A stretch of DNA of 64,000 bases from the human T2T-CHM13v2.0 reference genome, Homo sapiens. Positions within the stretch are counted from its first letter, which is position 1. Each line of letters starts with the position of its first letter. A model generated the notes under the pieces. That model was not told the DNA's origin and made no database searches. It worked only from the letters and a program-made list of their open reading frames with translations. The stretch lies in NCBI RefSeq assembly GCF_009914755.1, contig NC_060939.1. The stretch is one strand, 5' to 3'. Shown here piece by piece: positions 30,670 to 46,941 of this stretch. Made by a program: the position numbers and the translations under genes.

Positions 30670-32152
30670 TTATATGGAAGAGCAAAAGCAAGGAACCAAG
30701 AAGAGCCAAGGCTGTTTTGATGATTAACCATGTTGAGGGACTTTTCCTACCACATATCAAGGCATCTTGGCACAAGGATGGATAAAAAAAGCAAGGAGAG
30801 CAGAATAGGCCAGAAATACACATATAAAGGATGTGTGATATATGATGGAGGTCATATTATGAAGCTGTGGGGAAAAGATGAACAATTCAATAAATGGTCA
30901 TGAGACAATTGTTTATCCATATACAAGGAAAAAAACAAGAAAACTGAACTCCCTCCTCTCATCCTACACATACCATACACTCCACAAACCCTAATTCCTG
31001 GTGGATTAGTCAAAAGAATGTGAAAAGAACATTTTAAAACTTTTAGAAGAGAACAGGGAAATTTATATTTTATTTCAGAGTACAGAAGGGTTTTTTAAAT
31101 GAAACCAACAATTCCAAACCACAAAGGAAAACATATTATAATATCAATTACATTAAAATTAAAAATCTCTGTTTATCAATCAACACCAGAAGCAAAGTGA
31201 TCAGAAAAGCCACAGGCTGAAGAAGATATTTGCAGCACATATAACCTAACTCACAAAGGATCAGATCCATTAGATATAAAGAATTTTCGTGAATCATTTT
31301 TTAAAGTTAACTAAATCAGAAAATGAGCAAAAGATCAGAAAAGCAATTCACAGAAAAGGAAGCTTGAATGGCAAATATACATGATATGTTCAGCCTCACG
31401 TGGGAATCATTTCACATTCACTAGCTCAGCAAAAACTAAAACATATGGCAAAAAGAGAATTCTTCTGTTTCACTGACAGGAACATAAACAGTTATACCGA
31501 CTTTGGAGAGCAAACTGACTGTATCTAGCAAAGTTGGATATACCTTATGACCCAGCAAGGCCCAGGCAGAGGATGGTAACAAAACTACTTAAAAGCATTG
31601 TTTGCACTAGAAAAAAAAAATTGGATTAATGTCCAACTTAAATGTCCATCAATAGAAAATGATTAAATTGTGGATTATATACACAAGAAAATTCAATAAT
31701 GAAAATATAGCATTCATCAAATATGAATGAATCGCACAAATTCAATGTCGAGCAAGTTGCCAAGGAGCTTATACAGTATGTATCTTTTATGTTTAAATGT
31801 CACAGAGTGGTGAGGGATTCCCTCACATAGAGTTTAAGTGTAAAGAAATGTTTGGGGATAAGAAACGCCAAATTTGGAACTTCTGATTACCTCTGGAGTG
31901 ATGAGGATGAAGGAGGAAGTGATCAGAGAGAAGTGAGGACACAGATGAGTAACTTATTCTCTATACCTATTTCCCTTATCGTGTTTAAAAGAAAGAGAAA
32001 AACCTGTGAGCCCTTGGCACACATTCATACCCCACAATGGTAATAAACAGCAGCGCAGGAGTTAAAGCCACAGCCACTGCCCTTTCTCTTCCCACTGGTC
32101 CAGGCTGCCTCTTGTGCTCAGGGAGTCTTCTGTTCATTCTCTTTCGCTACAG

Positions 32153-32295
32153 ATGAAAACTGCAAGGACAAGTACTACAACTGCAACGTGGTGGTCCAGG
32201 CAAGACTCTGTGTCTACAACTACTACAAGACCGCCTGCTGTGCCTCCTGCACCCGTGTGGCCAACAGGCAGACGGGCTTCCTGGGGAGCAGATAA
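32153..32295 (+). CDS. THSD4: THSD4 terminal coding exon, PLAC domain (DENCKDKYYNCNVVVQARLCVYNYYKTACCASCTRVANRQTGFLGSR*)
   Basis: ctacag| acceptor; the phase-1 join with the previous exon gives GAT. PLAC cysteine pattern C-D---C------LC----Y---CC-SC. TAA at 32293-32295. Confidence 0.95.
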
Positions 32296-35200
32296 CACTC
32301 CTGCACCCCCATCAGTAGGGCAGCATCACTGCCTTCCCGGGGGCTTCAGCAGTGCGCCTGGCTGGCTGCTGCTCCACCACGGGCCCCCTGGCCCAGGCGC
32401 TGCCAACCAACTTAGTCACCACCCCTGCCTCCGGTGAATGCACCCCGTGGTACCCAGGGGCTTTTTACACAAGATGTTTGAAAGCCACAGTCAGTCCTTT
32501 AAGCATCACCATGTACTGATGATCCCCTCCTTGGACCTGGCATCTGCTAATGGTGCCCTTTGAAAGTCAAGCAGTGGGAAGTACATGGAGCTCTCAGCCC
32601 TGCTCCCATCTGGCACCTTCAAGTCAGCAGATGGGCCACTGACTGAGCGCTGCCCCGTCCCTGGTGCTACTGGTCTTTCTAAACTTAGCACCCTGGAGAG
32701 TCCAAGGAGGCAGCGCCCCCAACCCAGCGCCCCACTAAGCCTTGCTGACACGCGTGCATCCCTCTGTGACCTCAGCCCAGATGTGCCTGTTTTCATTCTC
32801 AAAGACATTAGACTGTTTTCCTGCCCTATGACACAGATAGCTCACATGAATATTGTGCTTTATTTAGCAGGTGTACTCACAGATACTAGCTCCTTAGCAG
32901 CTCACAACATCCCAGAATGGGAGGCAGGGGGTGACTCATTATCCCCATTTTACTGACAGGGAAACTGAGGCTCAACTTAAGTAATTGACCTGCCAGGTAT
33001 ATTCACCCATCCAGTGGAAGAGCTGAGTCCCCGCCCCAGTCATCTACCAGTATCCAGCCTGGGGCCTGTACTTAGATGTGAAAGGTGCTGCTTCATTTCT
33101 GACCAAGAGACTGAGAAGTTTCCCAGAATGCAAACAAAGCCCAGGCCCCTGAAATCTTTCCGGTCAAGCCTTTATCCCAGCACTCAGTTGTTTTGGATGT
33201 CTGTTCCTACTTGCCCTTACCCCCAAAGTTACAGATCCTAGTTACAGGACTCTGCCAGCTTTGTTAAACTGTCCGTGAGACAAGAAAGCCATTGGGGAAA
33301 CCAGGTGATTGCCTGAAATTCTTACTCCGTTCCAAGTGCTGTTCCTCCCAGGAAATCAAAGGCCAGGGTCCTTATGGCCGTGGAGCCTTCCCGACCACAG
33401 AGCCAACTTGTGAAGCACACAGCTCTGCAGCCTGGGCTCTGCCCTGCCTCAGCCGCCTCCCCCACGCTCTTCACCACGTTCCTGGAGAGTCCGGCCAACC
33501 TGTCCCAGCCAAAACACTGCTGTATTAGAAAAAGTCTCTTTCTGGTCTTTCTGGTTTTGTTTATGAATTTCCCTCTGTGGCCACAAATTCCTCCCCTCCC
33601 CCATGACTCACAGTCCATATGGCCCACCCCCAGACTTGAGCACCAAGCTCTGCATTAATGCAGTTGGCCTGCGACAAGGAGCTGTGGACCCTTCCCCATC
33701 TCTTCCAATTCACTTTCCCCAACTATCCAGTTCCAGAGGCCGCAGGCCTGGAAGGATGCAGTGCATATTGAAAGGTGGACCCTCTGAAAACAGTTAAGAG
33801 GAATATATGTATGTTTTGCCCATTAAGAAAAAATGGCAAGCTAAACAAATGTTAAACTTACAGAAAATTTGTCTTATGGTCCTGAGCATATTTCCCTTTT
33901 AGAGCAAGCCTGGATTCTTAGCAAAGTGTTTCCCCCATTTGCTCTTTTAGCTGACAAATCTGCCACTGTGATGATGGTTTGCAGCTTTTGGAAGCAGTAT
34001 GGCAACCTGGCCTGACATGCTCTTTAGGCTTCCACTAACCTGGGGCTTTCAGAAATTCTATTTGGCCTTTCTGTGGGTAGCTTTCCAGCTTCTCTTCTAG
34101 GGAGCCCCAGGCATCATTTCCCAAAAGCATCCCCATCTCCTGATTCTCTTGGAACTCCTACAGATAAGCATCCTGGCAGAGGCCCAGGCTCCCAAACCGA
34201 CAAAGTGAAAAGAGACCAGAGAGGCCAAGCATATTGACTGGTGCTGTTCAGGGCCTGCTCTTTTCCACTCACCACTTGTTTTGCTGCTTGTCACGAGGAG
34301 AGTTGTTCCTGTATGTGGCTGCTCTCAGATCTTTCCAAGCAAGCCAGTCATTTGAAGAGGTTTTCTTTTCATGCTGGAGGGCAGGCTAAGATCAATGAGT
34401 GGAAGAGAGAAAGGCTGTTTTAGCTCAAGTTAAAGGAACACCTTCTAGCCATCAAAGCCGCCCAACAGAGGCAAGGGCCACCACACATGAGAGAGCGCTC
34501 TGTCCTTAAAGGGAATTCTCTGTTGAGTGGGAGGTGAACACCCTGGTTCTTCCAACTCAGGAATTCTCGTGGCTGGGCTGGGTCAGTGATGGCTTTGTCT
34601 CTTTATGTCTAAAGTGCCCTATGGCTGCTGAAGGTTACCTAACCATTCTTTAAAAGGAGAATGACCCTCCATGGGAATGGCCAGCCTGCCAACTGTGCAA
34701 TTGAAGAAGACCCGATGGATCAACCCCATGTCTCCCTTGGGGAGAAAGTGCATAAACCAGGGGTCTCTTTTTTTTTTTTTCAACAAACCATTGAGCTGTT
34801 CTTGGAGTTCATCTCTGGAGAGGTTATACATTATTAGAAGTTTGATTATTATTATAGTTTGATCAATTTATTTGTCTTAGAGATCCAATTTTTACTAATT
34901 CCCTAGTTTTTTATTTCAGCATCTGAATGTCTTTCTCCCTAGCACAGTGCATACAATCAGGGCCTTGGGTATTTCCAGTGATAACTTTCCTTGGAGAGGA
35001 TCTAAGAAAAGCCCAGATTTCGGTAGCCATCTCCCTCCAAATATGTCTCTTTCTGCTTTCTTAGTGCCCATTATTTCCCCTTCTCCTTTCTTCTGTCACT
35101 GCCATCTCCTTCTTGGTCTTCCCATTGTTCTTTAACTGGCTGTAATGTGGAATTGATATTTACATTTTGATACGGTTTTTTTCTTGGCCTGTGTACGGGA

Positions 35201-38200
35201 TTGCCTCATTTCCTGCTCTGAATTTTAAAATTAGATATTAAAGCTGTCATATGGTTTCCTCACAAAAGTCAACAAAGTCCAAACAAAAATAGTTTGCCGT
35301 TTTACTTTCATCCATTGAAAAAGGAAATTGTGCCTCTTGCAGCCTAGGCAAAGGACATTTAGTACTATCGATTCTTTCCACCCTCACGATGACTTGCGGT
35401 TCTCTCTGTAGAAAAGGGATGGCCTAAGAAATACAACTAAAAAAACAAACAAAAACACCAAAAGAAAAAAAAAAGCCATTTAAAGCCAGCCACTAGAGGG
35501 AGTCAGTTCAGTTCCGTAAAGGTATGCTCAGTGCCCGCTGCCTGCAAGCTGTTGGGGACCCCAGGGAGGGCAAGGCAGCCTGTCCCTGCCCCCAGGGAAC
35601 TAGAACATGACAAGAATTCTCCGCACTGTGCCTACCTGTCCCTTTACCTTACCTCTCTGGCCCAGAGTTCTTGGAGGGTTTTTTCTTTATTTTCTTATGT
35701 ACTCATCTACTTATTCTCAAAGTATTTAGCATTCAACACTCTTTTTGCTTTAAAAAGAATGGCCTTACAAAGGGACAGAAAAGAGAAGACACGAGCTTGG
35801 TGTATTTTCATCAAGTTATGTGGCAGAGAAATCCAGATATTACCAGGACCTGTCTAAACAAATGTTGTGGGTTTTCTTTTCATTCGGATAGCCACTTTAT
35901 AGTTGGAATATCAATTCTAATGAGGAGGAAGACATAAATATAAGTGGTAAAAAGAAACATGACTTCCCTTAAAACAGGCTGGATAATCTATATCAGCCTT
36001 GTGGGTGGAGACTAGTATTTGATCCTTGCCATATAAAACATTTTAATATGGTTTACATGGGAAAATATCGATGGCTTCCTCACAAAATGTATGGGTGACG
36101 TGAAGTTGAAGAGCCAATGGCTTGGGTGACACGTGCTGGATCCAAAAAGATCAGAGAGACTAGAATAAAACTTGGATGTTAAAAATTCACCAGGAATCCA
36201 CATAAAGTACTATATTTGGGCTAAAATGAAAAACTAAATACAAGGTGGGAGAGAGGCAAGAATTTCAGTTGACTAAGCTCAGTGTGAGTCAAAGTGGGAT
36301 GGAACCATGCAAAAACAAAACCCACAGACATGCAGGCTACGTGAGGAGAAAACAGTGGTGAGGATCACATCACATTGTGTTTGCATTTGCCGGAACCATA
36401 CTTTAAGAAGAAAACCGATCATCTATAATAACATCAGTTTATCAATGCCCCGTCCTGATGAAGTGTGCAGACTCTCAGAAACAGCAGGAAGGACTTCATG
36501 AGAACCCTCAGGCTGGAGAAGGGACTAGGGCACAAGGAGAGCTCTCCTAGGACCAGGACCAAGAAGCTACAGGCAGGCACAGTTTAGCTCCTGCAGAGAC
36601 CCAGCTTTTCACAAGTTGGAGCCTTCCAGAGATAGAGGGACTGTGGTAGGTGGTGACCCACCCATCACTGGAGGTGGAAGCAGAGGCCGTTTGCCAGGGA
36701 TGCTGGAGAGGGGATTCAAGCATCTGGCTGGGCAACGTGATGCTCAGGGCCGTCTCCACTCAGGGCTTAGGGGAGTCTGTGAGTAGAAGAGCTTTAGGTG
36801 ATTTGTTTGGTGGGGGAAGGCAAGTACACAGCTATGCACTTTCCGTTTCTGACTTTTGCCACCCTGTCAGCCATGGGGAGCCCACTGTGGGACTGAAACC
36901 CTGAGCTGAATGCGGCCTCATGTCTCAGAGAAACACTGGCAAGTTGGTCAGAGCCGCCGTCTGCATCGAGGCGTAGCTGAGCGGCAGGATGGGGGGCTGC
37001 CTGCCCAGGGTCTCTCACCGTGGTGTAAGCAGAGCCATGGCTTGCCTAGGACCCTATAGATACCATCACTCTTTCTCAGCTCGACTGGAGTTTCTGCACC
37101 TTTGCAGGGGCAAAGTAACTCCCTGCACCCTGAACCACCCCCCATTCCTGTTCATTTCAGCAGATAATGATGGAGGGGGGGGGGTGTCCATCGTGCTGAG
37201 GGTGTGACCGCAAGAGGGTGAAAACTTCCAGCCAACTTTCTCAGTCCTTTCTCTTGCGAGAGGGAAGCCACCTGCTATACAAACTAATACCCCCTGCCTT
37301 GACCCCTTCCCCACGACTCAGTTGACAGAAGGATATACTTTGTTATAACTTATTATTTTGTTCTCTGTAAATACAAGATGTTTATAGGAAATATGTATTC
37401 TGAACTCTATCTGCAGAATGAGTCACTACACCAAAATAGTTCTATTATTTAGAATGTGTTAATTTTAAAGGGACCTGATAGGTATTTATTTACATATGCG
37501 ATCCACATTTGTGTGAAAGCATGTGATCATACTAACCCAGCCTCCTGGAATGTCGCTGTACGATGATTGATGTCTTTTTCTCAGTCCATAGTTACAATTG
37601 TTTAGTATGCTAATCAGTCCAGTTCCCTGAGGTTTAAGATCAAATATAAATTACTCTGCTTTTCGACTCATTCAGGTAGCATTGTACCTGAACCTGATTG
37701 CTACTTTTTCATCTTAAATATTATATTTCCTCATCTAATCTGCCTTCCCCTCATCCACAGACATTTGGAGAAGGAAATGGGAGGGTGTCTGTTATCCCTT
37801 TCTCTTTGCTTTGTCCCCGTTGTTAGACTGGCAGCGTCAGTTGCTCGGTGGGCTTGGTTAGAGCCGTGGGTGAGGCAGGTGGCTGGCGGGGACAGGGAGA
37901 GGCTGAGAGGGAAGTGGTGGCATTTACTGCTCTGACACTTCCACTGTCCCTGCTGGGGATGCTGGGGCCAAGGCCTGTGGGGCCTGTGAACTGCACAGCC
38001 AGGAGCAAGGAACCCACTAAATACTCCGTCACCTCCATGTCCCCTCTACAGTGTTAAATTATTACATAAGCAGGTGAAAGGTAGAAGGCGAATTATGTGA
38101 GTAAATATGGTCTGTTTTCTCTTCAGCAAAAATGACTATTTTTGTGTGTGACTAATTTATTTTTATTATTGTAAAGATACAATAAACCGGTTGAAATATC

Positions 38201-38310
38201 TGCTTTGTTGACAAGCGTGTGCTTTCTCTGGCCTTATTCGCGTTCTGTTCTCCTGCAAATAGCGCCCTCTAAAAAGAAGAGTCAGACAATAAACTGGTTG
38301 AAATATCTGC
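32296..38310 (+). other. THSD4: THSD4 3' UTR (~6 kb); exact end uncertain
   Basis: Follows the stop codon, contains no Alu, has AU-rich blocks, and ends at an AATAAA cluster with upstream UGUA and downstream GU/U-rich sequence. Confidence 0.8.
36000..36560 (+). mobile_element. Ancient L3/CR1-like remnant inside the 3' UTR
   Basis: Resembles the CR1 RT 3' region (aaattcaccagg...aaagtactatatttggg...gttgactaagctcagtgtgagtca). Confidence 0.4.
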
Positions 38311-38394
38311 TTTGTTGACAAGCGTGTGCTTTCTCTGGCCTTATTCACGTTCTGTTCTCCTACAAATAGCCCCCTCTAAAAATAAAACTCAGAC
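38181..38394 (+). terminator. THSD4: Tandemly duplicated poly(A) cassette (2 x 107 bp), AATAAA at 38181, 38288 and 38381
   Basis: 38181-38287 and 38288-38394 align end to end with few mismatches. Each copy has AATAAA followed by tgctttgttg...gtgtgctttct. Confidence 0.88.
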
Positions 38395-38984
38395 CCTTGA
38401 GAGGTCAGCCGCTTGTAGACGTTGGCTTTGGGTGCTTGAGGTGGAGCCGGGCCAGTTAGAGAATGAGACACGCCTTAGAAAGAACATGAGCCCACCCGTC
38501 CTATGTTAGGCTGCATTAGACTCACCTGAGAAGCTTAAAGTGAAGTCGTCAGGCGTGTGCACCGCGCCCAGGATGCAATCTCACATGAATTTCTTTATGT
38601 CTCCCCCAGGGAATTGTGCAGAATAGGTTGGCAGCCACTCTGCTGGTTTGGTGGGGCTCCATCTCTAACTTGAATTAATCTTCCTCCAGCTCCCTCTAGC
38701 TGACTTCACTTGGGGCTTGATTTTAGCAAAGTGTTCGACAAAATCTTTCAGGCGATCTTGGTGCAAAATAAAGTGAAACGCGACTAAGATGGTGATGCCA
38801 GTTGAAGCCCACCCTGGCCTAGAGAGCAGTCTCTAGCGAAGCCTGCAAGCTCTGCTACGGACTCCGTCCTGGACAGCATGTCGTCAATAACTCAGAAACC
38901 AGCTCTATGCCTAAAATGCTATCGCCCACCCTTCCCATCCACCTTTTTGCCTGGAAATCCTCCATTCTTTTTTTATTGTGGTAA

Positions 38985-39350
<366 letters not shown>

Positions 39351-40161
39351 TAGTATTTAAAGCAACCACAGTGTTGGGCAACCATCACCCCAAAATTCCA
39401 TTTATTCTTCAACAGTTCAATACAGGAGTCCACCAGGCGCCGGCCACTCTGCTGAGCACACTTACATGAGCTCATTTCGTCTTCACAGCAAACCTATGAA
39501 GTTCAAATATTGTTTCCTCCTACAGATGAGAATATTGAGACTAGGAGAGGTTTGGTACCCCAGCTGATACTTGGTGGTGCTAGGATGCCACAGTCCTCTT
39601 CCCCTAGAGGCTGAGGCTTGTCTCTTTGCCGCCTCCATCTCCCCAGGGCCTGGCATGTTATATGGTTCCAGCCTATACTAGTTCCAACCTCTTTCTCCAC
39701 ATCAGTTTCAGTCACTGGGCAACAATTGCACAAGGACTGGTTGAAAAAGTCCAGCGCTGCCCATCCTACCCGGGCTCAGTGTGACCAATGTGATCTGAGG
39801 CGGCTTCTGGAGGAGTGCACCCCCCACCAGGGGGAGGCAGTGAGCCTGCTCTGCGCAAGGGGCAGACCCAGGCTGGGACCCTCTGCCTCCAGTTCCGGGG
39901 ACCACATGTCATAAGGTTTATTGACTGTCTGGAAAAAGCCCAGAGGATGGTAGGATGGTGACCAGGATGGAGGGGTTCTGGAAGGAGGGCTGTCTTCAAC
40001 CTTCAGACAATTTAAAGTACTGTCAGGGACAGATGACAAGAACCCGGACTCCTCCAGCAGACCAGGGCAGGGATGTGACTGGGAGTCAGACTTGGTTCAA
40101 AATGAGACGTTTCCAGTAATCAGAGAGGCTGAACAATGGGAAAAGACACTTTAAGAGACAG

Positions 40162-41205
<1,044 letters not shown>

Positions 41206-41340
41206 CTAATAAGAATTAACTGGGGTGCTCATTCAACCTTGAAGGTAAGCAAGGTAAATTATGTGCACAAACAAATGTTTTTAATTGTTTGAATTTTTTT
41301 CAATGAATCATTTATCAATTATGGTTTAAGAAGAATGGCT

Positions 41341-41830
41341 AGCTGGGCATGGTAGCTCATACCCATAAAGAATCCCAGCACTTTAGGAGGCTGAAGGGGG
41401 AGGATCACTTGAGCCCAGGAGCTTGAGACCAGCCTGGGCAACATAGTGAGACCCTATATCTAAAAAAAATGAAATAACAATTAGCCAGGCGAAGTGGTGC
41501 ATTCCTGTAGCCCCAGCTACTCAGGAGGCAGTTCAAGGCTGCAGTGAGCTCTGATTGCACCACTGCACTCCAGGCTGTGTGACAAAGCAAGACCCTGTAG
41601 AAGAAGATGAGGAAAGGAGGAAAGGAAGAAAAGAAGGAGAAGGAGAAGAAAGATGAAAGAAAGAAGAAGGAGGAGGGGAGGAGGAGGGGGGGAGGAGGGA
41701 GAGGAGGGGCAGGAAGAGGGGAGGAGGAGGAGGGGAGGAGGGTGAGGAGGACGGACAGGAGGAGGAGGAAGGGGAGGAGGAGTAGGGAAGGAGGAGGCGG
41801 GACGAAGAGGAGGAGAAGAGGAGGAGGAAT
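41341..41830 (+). mobile_element. AluJ (41341-41597) with an expanded GA-rich low-complexity tail
   Basis: Alu consensus followed by a (GGA/GAA)-rich tract. Confidence 0.85.
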
Positions 41831-42299
41831 GGTCAATACTTAGTAGACTCAAGTGCAATTTAATAAGGCGCCTTACATCACTTTATCGGGAACAGTTGCC
41901 TTGGTCTCTCTGACCAAGAAAAGAGAGAGAAGCGGGTTTACAAAGTGCTAGGAAAGAAGACACAATATTAGAATGGGTTAACGAAGCAAAGAACAAGCCT
42001 TCCAAAAGTGGACAGTGGAGCCAGTGGAGAGGAGGGGAGGTCCCAGGAGAGGGGACAGGAATCTGTGTGGTGATCCTTGCCCTCATCAAGGCTGGGGAAC
42101 CCTGACTGGGTGAGCACCACTCGATGTCAGGTATCGTCCGAGTCTCTACAGCACTTAGTTTTCATCTTCGCAACAACTCATGAAGCAAGCACTCTTGTGC
42201 GGCCATTTTATGGACAAATAAATTGAGGCCCAAAGAGAATAAGTAATGTGACCAAGCTATTAAGTGGGACAGTCTGGCTTAGGTCTTCCTTATGCCTCA

Positions 42300-42605
42300 C
42301 TGTCTAATGAAATCAACTGGAACTTCTTTTAAAAGTGATATGGGGGCCCTACTCCCAGATATTTTGATCTTCAGTTGATTGAGGGTGGGGACCAGGCATC
42401 GATGTTTTGAAACCTCTCCAGGGAATTCTAGCTAAGGCTGAAAACACTGAGAAGAGTATGTCCCACTCTGATGTGCATATGAATTGCCTGGGGATGTTGT
42501 TGAATTTCGGATTCTGATACAGTTAGTCTGGGGTGGGGACTGAGTTCTAACATGCTCCCAGGTGATGCTGATGCTGCTGGTCCAAGGACCGCACTGAAAA
42601 GTGAG
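42300..42605. mobile_element. MER5-type DNA transposon remnants
   Basis: ...ttctaacatgctcccaggtgatgctgatgctgctggtccaaggaccgcac. Confidence 0.6.
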
Positions 42606-42842
42606 GCACCTCACCCTTCAGAATGCTGAGGGGTTTCCTATATTCACCGGGAAGATGAGCAGGTGACCTCTGAGTCATTTGCTTTCTTTATAAAACAGTC
42701 TTCTATGAAGTCTAGATGCTAGGTCTGAATCTACTAGTTCACCTTTTGGCCAATGACGCTTAGGGACTCTGAAGTGGTTTTAAGCCTCTGTGCTCCTGCA
42801 TAGGTGATTTATTTGTTTTTACTAGATAATTGGTGTATTTAG

Positions 42843-43446
<604 letters not shown>

Positions 43447-44574
43447 TCAACAGCTTCAGGGCCAGCTTCTCTGCAGCTCTCTTGGCCTCTTCTTCATGGT
43501 TGCAAGCCAGCTTCTCCTGCTCCACCTATCATGTCCATCTTCAGGGAAGAAAGCAGGAAGGGCCATTGCAGCTGTGTATCTCCATTTGCCAATAAACCAA
43601 ATACATTCCCAGAGCCCCATCCTACGTCCCACAAACTTCTATTTACATCTTATTGGCCAAAGTGGGCTCCATGGCCATTTGTGGCTGCAGAGGAAGCTGG
43701 GAAGACAGAGAAGGGATTGTTATGCTTGGCTGTGACCAATTGGGGTTCCATTAGCAGAGAAGAAAGACAGGAAGGATGTGGGTGAGACAACCTGGGATGT
43801 CTGATTATTGCACCCTTACCAAGCAAAAGCTTCTAGGAAGGGACAACAAAAGTTCAAACACCGCAGTGTCTGTTCATCTTTGACCCACTGAGGAACTACT
43901 CCTTAAAATGGGTTTAGGTCGTACATCCTCCCTTTATTCAGCAAATATTTATTGAGCACACACTCTGTGCCAAGCAATGTTTGGGGCAATGGAAATACAT
44001 AAATCTCATGGAACTTACAAAATGCTGTGCAACCTAAAACACTTGCAGATAAGGAGACCTATTGCATCAGGCTTCTGGAGCGAACAGCCTATGAATGGAC
44101 ACCATATTTGGCTCTCCATTTGCTGAGAGCTGGAACGGGTGATGCTACAGATTTTATTTCTAACCAGATAGCTAGGGAACTTACACTTACCGCGCCTCCA
44201 CATGATCGACCTCACCTTGTATACTCACAGCCACCTCAACAGCTGGGTGCTGCAGGTCTCTCTGCTTTACAGCGGGGAAAACAAAGCCTCAGCCAGGTGA
44301 GGGAACTTGCTCGTGATCATGCAGGTCTCAAGTGACTGGGGACTTTGAGCCCAAGTCCGCCTCATTTCAAAGCTTATGCTGGTTCCTCTGCATGCTGCGG
44401 CCTTTCTGAAACAATCACACGAAGCCATCACGTAGAAGACTAAACTCTCTTTAAAAGTAAACTTCAGCCAGAACTGACACCCTGAGCATGGGGCGTTCAT
44501 CACAGCAGATACTGCTGATGATCACTGTGGCTTCATGAATAAGAGCCTGGGGACACAAGGAAGGCTTCTCCTAT

Positions 44575-44790
44575 GACACGCACACATGCACAAACACATG
44601 CACACACACGTACACATGCACACGTACACGCATTCATACACATGCACACACTCATACACATACAAGCATGCACACGCACACACATGCACACATGCACTCA
44701 TACACATGCACACACACGCACTCATACACACATGCACTCATACACACACATGCACACTCATACACATACACACACACACAAACACAAACA
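44575..44790. repeat. Degenerate CA/CATG low-complexity tract
   Basis: Seen directly. Confidence 0.9.
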
Positions 44791-45768
44791 CTGTTGCCTG
44801 CAGGGAAAATGCTTCAGGAGCCACCTCTACTTCTACATCCCACTTTTGTACGTGGATTCCAAAAATCTCTTCTAGGCCCAGGAACAGTCTTGTTTAAAGG
44901 CTGGCCAAGGAGGTGGGGGACAGAACCAGTGGGACCCAAAGAATCCAGTGTGCTGGAACTTGATGCCGATGTCAGCCTCAATGCTCTCACCCTGACAGCA
45001 GAAGTGGCGGCTTCTCCCTCCACCTGTGCCCGGACAGTGCCACCAGTCTAACTTCTGCCACCGTCCCTACCTGCAGCTCACCTGAGCCCAGAACCATGCC
45101 CCCTGCACCCTCCCGACACACTCAGGTAATGCCCCCGTTTGTGTTATCTCTTGCTCTATAACAAACAACCATTTTATTATTTCTCATGATTCACTGGGTC
45201 AGGAATGTGGTCGGGACACTGGTAATAGCTCATTCTTCCTCCACATGAAGTCCGCCGGGGCTGGGCCATCCAGGCTGGCTGGTTCACTCGCAGGTCTGAT
45301 GATGATCAGGCTGAGATGATTGGAATGGTTTGCCAAGGGGGCCTCAGTTCTCTCTGCCGCCCTGTTCCCTGCTTCTTCCTCTCCATGTGGTCTCTTCACG
45401 AGGGTTTCTCTGGATGAAGAACAGGCAAGAGGAAGGAAGAGAGAGCTGCCAGATCTCTTAGGCCTGGGCTTAAGCACCCTTCCTGCATGTGGAACCCCTG
45501 GCACGCTAACCTAGGGAAAGGCTCACACTTCTCACTCACTCCACTACCCGGCCCACCTCAGTGACCTCAGAGGGGTCTGCCGAGCCTGGGGATGGGCAGT
45601 CGTCCCTGTCCACTCCCTGTCCTGGAGGTACACTGGAAAGCCACAAATAGGCCTTTGTAGCGGCAAGAGGCAGCTGAGAAGCACCACGGCAATGTAGCCG
45701 TCACTCTTGGTGACTCCAGCTCTTTCCATCCTCGGCCCCTCCATCCAGATTTGGGTCCTGCAAGCTGA

Positions 45769-46153
<385 letters not shown>

Positions 46154-46645
46154 TAAGTCAAGTCAAGACTGATTCAGGGTCTTCCTGTTGATATAAGGGT
46201 GTGAGGAAGATGGTTGTGGCAGGTGCTATGAGAGGCTGACCTCATAAAAGTTGTATGAATCATTCAGACAACACTCCTGCCTTGTTATATTGGTCAAAGC
46301 CAACCATAGGCCTGCCCGCATTCAAGGGAAGGGATATGAGTCTACCTCAGCCTGCTCCTGACTCAGTTCTGTTTGCCTCAGAACTCAGCTACTCTCCCTT
46401 GGGATTCGCTGCATCCCAACTGCCTCTATCCTCCTCAGTCATGGTAATCATTCACTCACTCATTCAATCGTTCAACAAATATTAATTGAGCATCTACCCT
46501 GTGCCTGATACTATGCTAGGCACTGAATATATAGCAGTAAACCAGGTGGCATAAGACTGTCCCCAGGGAGCTTCCATCCTAAAGAAGGAGAGAGAAAATA
46601 AAGACATAAATGAGGACACTCTACGTGGTGTGTCAGGCATGATAT

Positions 46646-46941
<296 letters not shown>

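Noticed and set aside
32114-32437. 107-aa ORF over the last THSD4 exon
   Set aside because: Wrong frame. The spliced frame encodes the PLAC domain and stops at 32295.
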